A stretch of 64,000 nucleotides of DNA from an uncultured Chloroflexia bacterium. Lineage in GTDB: Bacteria; Chloroflexota; Anaerolineae; Anaerolineales; Anaerolineaceae. The stretch lies in NCBI GenBank assembly GCA_963708715.1, contig CAVPSU010000001.1, positions 736,000 to 799,999 on the forward strand. Direction: 5' to 3'. A model generated the notes under the pieces. That model worked only from the letters and a program-made list of their open reading frames with translations, had not been told where the DNA came from and ran no database searches. Shown piece after piece: positions 57,353 to 64,000 of the stretch. The position numbers and the translations under genes were made by a program. Positions within the stretch are counted from its first letter, which is position 1. Each line of letters begins with the position of its first letter.

Positions 57353-57442
57353 TGCCATCCTGAACAAAGTGAAGGACCTCTAAAAGGGTCTTCGACGCTT
57401 ACTGCGGTAGAGATTCTTCGCCCCCGAGGTCTCAGAATGACA
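57353..57442. repeat. MITE-like palindromic element, copy 2 (inverted relative to copy 1)
   Basis: TGCCATCCTGAACAAAGTGAAGGACC ... GAGATTCTTCGCCCCCGAGGTCTCAGAATGACA. It matches the reverse complement of 342-443 at both arms. Confidence 0.6.
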
Positions 57443-57516
57443 ATGACACCTATAGCTTCATCCTCGTCACATTCCGCTTTCCTATGCAGATCATGCCCAG
57501 ATATATTGGTAGAATC

Positions 57517-58320
57517 TCAACGAGTATGGACTGCACGCAAAAAGCGTAGCACAATTAAAATCACTAGAGCAGCACCGAGATATATCCCTGCCGCCAGGCG
57601 GTCTGAGGCAATCCCAGCCAATGGTGCGACCGGGTCTGTTCGAATAAATGAAAAGAAGAGGAGCAACCCCATCTGAAACATAAATAAATAGCCGAAGTGG
57701 AAAACTCTTGCTTTTTGATGAAGAGAGAACCAATCAACAAGACTCCCCACCAGGACGGTCGCAACCGCTCCAATCCACGCCAGGGGTAGCCGAGTTGAAG
57801 CCGATCCCATTTCGTCCAACGTGGCAGGCAACCAACTCACAGACTGGATGGGTGATCCGACGAATAATCCTTCCATTCCACTTCCCAACCAGACAGCAGT
57901 CACCAAAACTGTCCAGAGTGGTGAAAGATCCTCCAGGATTTCAACTGGAGAAATACCCTTCCATCCAACATAGATCAAAAAAAATATACCAGCGCCAAGA
58001 GGTGCGCCCGTCCAATCCAACCCGCCTTCCCAAAATCGTCCGATCTCCATTGTATGGAATTGATAATGCGACCAATGCAGAAACACAAAAGCAATCCGTG
58101 AGCCTAGTAGGCTGCCTGTTAGCAAGGAAAAGGCTGCCGGGATAAGAATATCCCTTCTTGCTTGAATGGAACGACCCACAAAACGCCTGGGCTCATCAGC
58201 GATACGCCACCAGGACCACCACAATCCCAGCGCTGCACCAGCACCCGCTAAAATCGAATACAACGAAGATTGGGTTGAATCCATGGAAAGATTATAGCCT
58301 GTCAGAACATCCCTGACCAA
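57517..58320 (-). CDS. prolipoprotein diacylglyceryl transferase-like membrane protein
   Basis: RFWEGGLDWTGAPLGAG resembles the Lgt motif VWEGGMSFHGGLIG. The protein is polytopic, but the rest is divergent. Confidence 0.45.
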   Translation of the reverse strand: MVRDVLTGYNLSMDSTQSSLYSILAGAGAALGLWWSWWRIADEPRRFVGRSIQARRDILIPAAFSLLTGSLLGSRIAFVFLHWSHYQFHTMEIGRFWEGGLDWTGAPLGAGIFFLIYVGWKGISPVEILEDLSPLWTVLVTAVWLGSGMEGLFVGSPIQSVSWLPATLDEMGSASTRLPLAWIGAVATVLVGSLVDWFSLHQKARVFHFGYLFMFQMGLLLFFSFIRTDPVAPLAGIASDRLAAGIYLGAALVILIVLRFLRAVHTR

Positions 58321-58423
58321 CCGTCTTCACAAAATTGCCTGCCTTGCATGGAGCTATCCGTAATGTTATGATTAACCCAATATGCCAACCAGGAAATCAT
58401 CGATTTAACGTGTTCGTCGAATT

Positions 58424-58798
58424 TTGATACTGATAATTCTCACCACCCTTCCGTTTTATTGCCTGGGAGTGGTAAGTCTGAGAATTCTTTCTATCAATCG
58501 GAATAAACGAACCGCAACTCCTACCATTACGAGTACTGCAACCATTACCCAGACGATGGGACCCACATCAACCTACACCCTTGTCCCATCGGTGACACCA
58601 TCCATCACTCCGACGCCTTCCCTTACCCGGACTCCAACTCAGACTGATCTACCCACTGAAACACCAACAGATACTATTGTTCCACCCACGGATCTTCCAA
58701 CCAATACCCCGATTCCGCCTACCATTGCCCCGTCAGATACTCCAATCCCACCAACGGCTACTTCCACCCTTCCCCTCGAGACACCTGCACTCCCATGA
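58424..58798 (+). CDS. hypothetical TM protein with Thr/Pro-rich tail
   Basis: TTG start, one TM helix, then low-complexity TPT repeats. Weak coding evidence. Confidence 0.3.
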   Translation: MILIILTTLPFYCLGVVSLRILSINRNKRTATPTITSTATITQTMGPTSTYTLVPSVTPSITPTPSLTRTPTQTDLPTETPTDTIVPPTDLPTNTPIPPTIAPSDTPIPPTATSTLPLETPALP

Positions 58799-58808
58799 GG
58801 AGAATGTG

Positions 58809-60083
58809 ATGAAATTAAGGTCATTCCAATCAATTTCCGTTAGCCTATTAATAATCTCAACCATATTGAGTTCCTGCAGTAACACGGGGAGCACGCTTCC
58901 ACAATCCACTGTCATACCTTCATCCGAACCTCAGTCATTAGTTCCGGTAATAACTCCTACGTCCTCATCTGATGGCAAACCTGTCACTCAGCTGGTCATC
59001 TGGTTACCGGATCAATTGATCGAGAGAAATTCACCTCTGGTGCTTGAATTGATCCAGAAACAGACGGATTTATTCACCAGCAAGCATCCCGATTTCAGGG
59101 TTGATATACGGATTAAAAATAGTATCGGACCGTCAACATTATTGGATATATTACAAAATACCAGTCTGGCTGCATCGTCGTCCTTGCCAGACTTGATCTT
59201 ATTGAGCCGGGAAGAAATGGAAGTGGCTGCCCTAAAGGGATTATTGATCCCATTTGATGGGGCGACTGATATCCTGACAGCGAATGACTGGATGGAACCC
59301 ATCCGGCAATTGGCTACCATCCAGGGGAGCACCTTTGGCATTCCCGCTGCTTCGGATGCGCTGGTTTATCTATCCCCTGCCGGAGAAAATAAGACTCAAC
59401 CACCCCTTACAGAGAGCAAGCCGATCCTATGTTACCTTAATGACCCGAAGGCATTCCTTCCCCTCAGCCTGTATCTTGCTGCCGGTGGATCGTTGGTAGA
59501 TGAAGACGGGAATCCAGCAATTGACAAAGATGCTTTATTAACCGACCTGCAACAAATTAATAATGCAAAAGAAACGGGTGCCTTACCTGCCTGGGTGATG
59601 GATATTACTGAACCCATAGATGTTTATCGATATTTCAACTCAGGTCGAGGTAGTCGGATGGCGGTCTGGTATTCTGAAACTGCTGAATCAATTTTGTCTG
59701 CATCGGAATTATCTACATTTACTGACGCAACCGGTAACTCATCCACCCTGGTACGCGGATGGTTTTGGGCAATGACACAGCCTGAAAATTCTCGACGGAT
59801 CGCCACTGTGGAGTTAGCAGAAACCCTGGCGGAAGAATCTTTTCTGGCAGAATTCCAGGAGACCTCTCATTTATTACCTGTCAGGCAGTCGCCTAAAGTT
59901 CTTGATGATCCATCCCTGACTGCTCAGGCAGAAATTGTAGCTGAGGGGCGACCCATTCCCGATGGCTTATTTCTTGTAACCCTTTCACCAATCTTCCAAG
60001 ATGCGATCCGCCAAATTTATGCGGGATCATCCACTCCTGAAGAGATAGCTGATCAAGTAATGGCACTATTAAAACGTCCATAA
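58809..60083 (+). CDS. extracellular solute-binding lipoprotein (ABC family 1-like)
   Basis: GAGGAG RBS, lipobox LSSC. Size and pattern (LVIWLPD...PDLILLSREEM) resemble sugar SBPs. No transporter genes adjacent. Confidence 0.55.
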   Translation: MKLRSFQSISVSLLIISTILSSCSNTGSTLPQSTVIPSSEPQSLVPVITPTSSSDGKPVTQLVIWLPDQLIERNSPLVLELIQKQTDLFTSKHPDFRVDIRIKNSIGPSTLLDILQNTSLAASSSLPDLILLSREEMEVAALKGLLIPFDGATDILTANDWMEPIRQLATIQGSTFGIPAASDALVYLSPAGENKTQPPLTESKPILCYLNDPKAFLPLSLYLAAGGSLVDEDGNPAIDKDALLTDLQQINNAKETGALPAWVMDITEPIDVYRYFNSGRGSRMAVWYSETAESILSASELSTFTDATGNSSTLVRGWFWAMTQPENSRRIATVELAETLAEESFLAEFQETSHLLPVRQSPKVLDDPSLTAQAEIVAEGRPIPDGLFLVTLSPIFQDAIRQIYAGSSTPEEIADQVMALLKRP

Positions 60084-60091
60084 GGCAAATC

Positions 60092-60406
60092 ATGTCTCAT
60101 ACGCCCAGTCCACCACTTTCTACCATCCGTTGGGTCCTAATTACCCTTATTGTGTTTGGTATTGGTTGGTTAATATTTACAACGCAGCCAGGGGTCGTCT
60201 CAGCAAATCCACAGAATCAGGTTTCCGCTACCGAAATTCCTGCCCAAATCACCCCGACCTTACTTCAGACCGAGATTTCAGCTGATGTGGTTCGCGAGGG
60301 TCAGCCAACAGGCATCATCGTGGGGGCAATCGGCATTGTCCTCCTGATTGTGCTCGGCACCCTCCCCTTCTTACTCCGAAAAAGAAATGGCAGCGATCTG
60401 GATTAA
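60092..60406 (+). CDS. small two-TM membrane protein, hypothetical
   Basis: 104-aa ORF with two hydrophobic helices. Confidence 0.45.
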   Translation: MSHTPSPPLSTIRWVLITLIVFGIGWLIFTTQPGVVSANPQNQVSATEIPAQITPTLLQTEISADVVREGQPTGIIVGAIGIVLLIVLGTLPFLLRKRNGSDLD

Positions 60407-60417
60407 TTGCATTTCGC

Positions 60418-61551
60418 TCAGTGCCTATCCGCCGTTTTCTCCCCCAGACCAATTCGACATTCTTCCCTGACCCGCTCATCGGAATCGTGCATCTGGACTT
60501 GATACAACGCATCGACGGCATTCTCCCCTTTACGCTGACCTAACGCCCAGGCGGCGTGGATCCGGATGACCGGATCGGGTTCACTGACTAAGACATGTAA
60601 TAATGGGTGGAATGAACTCTGATCACCCGAATTGCCGAGCGCAATGCAGACGTTTCGCACGAATCCCTGCCGCTTTGGACGTACTAATGCTGTGCGAGTA
60701 TAGGTCTCTTTGTACTCCACATCCCCAATTTGAACCAGACCAGGCAAATCAGGGTATGGACTTGGGACCGTCTGGTTGTACTCATCGGGCAGACCGATCT
60801 GCTTCCGGTTCCACGGGCATACGATCTGACACACATCACAACCGAAGATCCAATTACCCATCTGTGGACGCAACTCGCGCGGGATGACACCCTTGTGCTC
60901 AATGGTGAGATACGAGATGCAGCGGCTCGCATCCAGGGTGCGGTCTTCGCGGATGCAGCCGGTGGGACAGGCATCCAGGCAACGCCGGCAGGTGCCGCAA
61001 CGATCCGGCACCTGCGGAACAGGTAGAGCCGACGACGGATGAACCAACTCGAAAGGCAGGTCGGTGAAAAGCTCACCCAGCAAAAAGAAGGATCCGGTCT
61101 GCGGGTGGATTAGGCAGCCGTTCTTGCCGATCCAACCCAAACCTGCCTGGGCAGCCATCTGGCGCTCCAGAATAGGGGCGGAATCGGTATATCCGCGCCA
61201 CTGGAATTGCCGCCCAAACTCTAATGCGAGCTGACCAGCCAATGCATCAAACACAGCCGGCATCGTCAGATGATAGTCCGCCTGCCAGGCGTAGGAGGCG
61301 ATCCGCCCATGCGGTAATCCATCTATTGGGACCTTGATCGATTCGGGGTGAGGGTAGGGTACAGCTACAGGCAAAATGCTTTGTACCTCAGACCAAAGCA
61401 GGCGGGGATTTTCGCGGGGTGCAAGGTGTCGGTCTGATGCAAGATAAGCCATACCGCCGTAGAGATCAAGTGAAAGCCAGTCCTTGTATGTGGATAAATC
61501 CTGTCGTTGGGGTGTGATCCAGCCTGGATGGGTTACGTTCTCTCTTGGCAT
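60418..61551 (-). CDS. queG: epoxyqueuosine reductase QueG
   Basis: Ferredoxin-type clusters CGTCRRCLDACPTGC and FGCDVCQIVCPWN, C-terminal HEAT-like repeats. Start set at MPRENV because the upstream codons lie inside a terminator hairpin. Confidence 0.8.
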   Translation of the reverse strand: MPRENVTHPGWITPQRQDLSTYKDWLSLDLYGGMAYLASDRHLAPRENPRLLWSEVQSILPVAVPYPHPESIKVPIDGLPHGRIASYAWQADYHLTMPAVFDALAGQLALEFGRQFQWRGYTDSAPILERQMAAQAGLGWIGKNGCLIHPQTGSFFLLGELFTDLPFELVHPSSALPVPQVPDRCGTCRRCLDACPTGCIREDRTLDASRCISYLTIEHKGVIPRELRPQMGNWIFGCDVCQIVCPWNRKQIGLPDEYNQTVPSPYPDLPGLVQIGDVEYKETYTRTALVRPKRQGFVRNVCIALGNSGDQSSFHPLLHVLVSEPDPVIRIHAAWALGQRKGENAVDALYQVQMHDSDERVREECRIGLGEKTADRH

Positions 61552-61587
61552 GTCTCCATTGTATTCGGAAATCGATGTTTTTTCATA

Positions 61588-61624
61588 AAACAAAGCCGAG
61601 GTGAATGCCACCTCGGCTTTGTTT
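61588..61624 (-). terminator. intrinsic terminator after 61643-62647
   Basis: AAACAAAGCCGAGGTG-AATG-CCACCTCGGCTTTGTTT. Confidence 0.65.
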
Positions 61625-61642
61625 GTTCACATTTGTCTTAAT

Positions 61643-62647
61643 TTATTCAGGACAATTAAAACTACCCGCAGGTGTAGATCCCATCGCTATCGGGCTGCTA
61701 GAGATATACAACTGTACTGTATGGTTACCACTTCCCAGGCCTGATACTGTCCCCGTAGTGGCAGTTTTCGAGCCTGTAGAATTGAAAGATAAATCTGAGA
61801 ATGTCGCGGATTTCAATGAACTACTTCCATCAACTATGTAGAAGTAATTCGGTGTATCTGCACTCGATGGAGCAGCAGATAACCCAATTGTCCCATCTAA
61901 AGTTGCGGTTCCACCAGAACAAACACCTTCAGCGGTCGTATTATATTTTACTGTTGTGCTCGTTGCACCAGTTTTGGTCACTTTGATATTAACATACCAG
62001 CCGGCGCCATTCGGACCACCGATGCCAAAGAAATTGCCCTGGTCGTCCTGCATCTTCCAGGTTTGAGTATAGGTACCTTCCTCTTTGGGTGCGAACATCT
62101 TTACGGTAACTTCCAGGATTCCACCAGGAGCGACATTGGCTTTGACGGGGAACTCACCATCACCGGTGATAACCGGAGAGGCTGGGTCGTTGCTGAAAGG
62201 AGCGGCACTATAAAGGGTCGTCCAGGTGCAGGATCCGCTGTTCTGGATCTTCCAGGTTTTTGTGAATTCCGCATTTGTCTTCACTGTAGTCCCATCCGGG
62301 ATATTCACATCGCTGAGGAAGAATACCTTGTTGCATTCTGTTGTTCCAGCCGAGGTCGGCAGGGGAATGAGGGTATTCGTGAGCGCGCCCGGGGTCAAAT
62401 TCAAGGTTGGAATTGCCAGGGTTGGAGCTACAGTCACCAGCGGGGTGGCGGTAGCCGGTTCCGGGGTGTTGGTCGCGGTAGCGGGAGGAGGAGCCATTTG
62501 GGTGGTGAGGGCTTCCACAGTCTGCGCTGCGATCGTGTTGATCTGATCCGGTCCGATCTGGGTTGGGTTTGCTGCTGACAGGTTGCATGCGCTGAGGAGG
62601 ACCGACAGCAACACCAACACTGTGATGGCAGTAAAGTTCTTTTTCAT
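61643..62647 (-). CDS. secreted lipoprotein with NBR1-type Ig-like domain
   Basis: AAGGAG RBS, lipobox LLSAC, Thr/Pro linker. Domain pattern: F..DVNIPDGT.V....F.KTWKIQNSGSCTW...EVTVKMFAP.EEG.Y...WKM. Confidence 0.65.
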   Translation of the reverse strand: MKKNFTAITVLVLLSVLLSACNLSAANPTQIGPDQINTIAAQTVEALTTQMAPPPATATNTPEPATATPLVTVAPTLAIPTLNLTPGALTNTLIPLPTSAGTTECNKVFFLSDVNIPDGTTVKTNAEFTKTWKIQNSGSCTWTTLYSAAPFSNDPASPVITGDGEFPVKANVAPGGILEVTVKMFAPKEEGTYTQTWKMQDDQGNFFGIGGPNGAGWYVNIKVTKTGATSTTVKYNTTAEGVCSGGTATLDGTIGLSAAPSSADTPNYFYIVDGSSSLKSATFSDLSFNSTGSKTATTGTVSGLGSGNHTVQLYISSSPIAMGSTPAGSFNCPE

Positions 62648-62809
62648 GCTATTCTCCTTATATAGCCTTGCCACTTACACTTCAGCAAGGGGTTAATTGG
62701 TGTAATTGTAAACGAAAGTGTGATTCCTATCAACCTTGCCCTCTCTGGGAGCTAACAGGCACAATCCGGCCTTGTATTCAGACGTAACAGTTGTCAAATA
62801 AGTTCCAGC

Positions 62810-63808
62810 CTAATATCTGCATTCCACATGGAAGGTTGTTTTACCAAAGGTCTGCCCGTTTGGACTGATGATCCGGATACGCGCCCAGGCGTAATTGATC
62901 CCCTTGGTATAAGTGACCGAATCATAGACATCCTGCTCGTATGCGCCAAAAAACTGTAGGGTCTTCGGTTTATTGCGGACGCCCTGAGATCCAACCCAGG
63001 TGTAGCGTACCTCACCCGCCTTATTTGTTTTGATCTTGCCATAAAGAGTGATGGTGTACCCTTTCCGTCCGCATGCACCGCTGAAGTTATTGGGGACGGC
63101 ATATGCGAGTGCGGAGACCACTTTGAATTCATCTGGACTCTCCTGGGCAACGATAATTCGGGTCCAAACCGGGTCCCCTTTTTCGCCCAGTCCAAACCGG
63201 ACTCCTTCTTTATTTTGTAGTTTCCAAAAGCCCAGCTTCTCGCCTTCTTCAATCGGAGCCACCATTTTTACATTCAATGTGATCTGCTCACCAGGGGCGA
63301 TATTCCCTTTCGGAAACTTGATCTCGGTTATATTCGTCATCGCTTCGCCTGACTCAAAAACCATTTTGTAGTCAGAGGTCCACGGGCATGTGCCGGAATT
63401 CCGTAATGTCCACGATTGGGTGAAAAAAGTTCCAGGAGCTATGATCGCCCCATCCGGGATCGTCTCAGAGACAAATTCAGCGTTGATACATTTTGCCCAT
63501 TCGGTCGCAATCGTTGGCGTTTGTGTGGGGGTCTTGGTGGGAGGGATGGGTGTAAGGGTCAGGGTACGTGTTGGTGTTGGAGTTGGGCGGGTGGCAGTCG
63601 GCGGCACAGGCATATCTGTCCATTTTCCTGCTAGATCGGTGCTCACCGCCTGAACAGTCAGAGCGGCTGCCGTATCGGTTGCCTGTCTTCTCTGCGCTTC
63701 AGATAGTGGTCTGGGACCACAACTGGAGAGCAAGACAGCCAATACAATTAAAATCATTAATCCATTCAATCCAAGAACTGGAGCCTTTTCTCGGAATATC
63801 GAAGCCAT
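62810..63808 (-). CDS. secreted lipoprotein with NBR1-type Ig-like domain (paralog)
   Basis: Lipobox LLSSC. Domain pattern: FVSETIPDGAIIAPGTFFTQSWTLRNSGTCPW...ITLNVKMVAPIEEGEKLGFWKL. Confidence 0.65.
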   Translation of the reverse strand: MASIFREKAPVLGLNGLMILIVLAVLLSSCGPRPLSEAQRRQATDTAAALTVQAVSTDLAGKWTDMPVPPTATRPTPTPTRTLTLTPIPPTKTPTQTPTIATEWAKCINAEFVSETIPDGAIIAPGTFFTQSWTLRNSGTCPWTSDYKMVFESGEAMTNITEIKFPKGNIAPGEQITLNVKMVAPIEEGEKLGFWKLQNKEGVRFGLGEKGDPVWTRIIVAQESPDEFKVVSALAYAVPNNFSGACGRKGYTITLYGKIKTNKAGEVRYTWVGSQGVRNKPKTLQFFGAYEQDVYDSVTYTKGINYAWARIRIISPNGQTFGKTTFHVECRY

Positions 63809-63957
63809 GTCCCAGCCTTTCCCTTTCACTTAGATTTCATTATAAGAGAGGTCTGAATCCATTGCAACCGGGTAACATGCCACCAGATAGCCCCTCTTGA
63901 AATCTTTTTCCAGCAGGTCATAATAGAAACATCATTGTTTATTGAAAGGAAAAGGAT

Positions 63958-64000
63958 ATGAAAAAGCGGGACATGGTCAAATCTTTTCCGTTAATCTTTA
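63958..64000 (+). CDS. 5' end of an ORF running off the window (MKKRDMVKSFPLIF...)
   Basis: ATG preceded by GGAAAAGGA. Only 14 codons are visible. Confidence 0.2.
   Translation, partial: MKKRDMVKSFPLIF

Noticed and set aside
1-64000. Defence islands, prophage, transposons or conjugative elements.
   Set aside because: I saw no integrase, transposase, recombinase, phage structural gene, restriction-modification, toxin-antitoxin, Cas, or nucleotide-cyclase/effector-type ORFs in any frame. The gene content is housekeeping, envelope and respiration.

Overview
This looks like a chromosomal core region. I guess a Chloroflexota/Anaerolineae-like bacterium, based on about 50% GC by eye and many lipoproteins with Thr/Pro-rich linkers; that taxon is inference only. 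All calls come from reading the ORF track and the DNA by hand; no database search was run.

Housekeeping genes include dnaA, polA, ftsK, greA, lpdA, nadE plus a separate CN-hydrolase, queG, rnz, and an rnd/beta-CASP RNase pair. There are also two tRNAs (Lys-UUU, Ser-CGA), two ECF sigma/anti-sigma pairs, two ABC-F ATPases and azlCD. A complete System I cytochrome c maturation set (ccmE-F-H-G ... ccmA-B-C-D) sits next to a decahaem lipoprotein cytochrome and is interrupted by a dihaem cytochrome.

I found no transposase, integrase, CRISPR array, restriction enzyme, toxin-antitoxin pair or recognisable defence gene, so I cannot point to a novel multi-gene system.

The signals most worth a second look:
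1. Twelve near-perfect 42-bp tandem units are fused directly to the 3' end of tRNA-Ser(CGA). Each unit ends in a copy of the tRNA acceptor end.
2. The CcmE is the Cys-type (CxxxY) variant, yet a CcmH-like gene is present. The neighbouring decahaem cytochrome is built from two duplicated pentahaem modules.
3. Conserved genes carry an unusually high density of single-nucleotide frame disruptions (ABC-F, dihaem cytochrome, a lipoprotein, lpdA, a TPR protein, an MFS transporter). This is either assembly indel error or real gene decay.
4. A regulator/ABC-exporter locus is genuinely decayed, with a deletion junction and in-frame nonsense codons.
5. Two copies of a roughly 100-bp MITE-like element generate spurious ORFs.
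6. A structured leader, bounded by a promoter and terminators and followed by a 13-codon uORF, lies upstream of an orphan amino-acid-binding protein.

Coordinates of hairpins, promoters and corrected starts were located by hand and may be off by a few bases.
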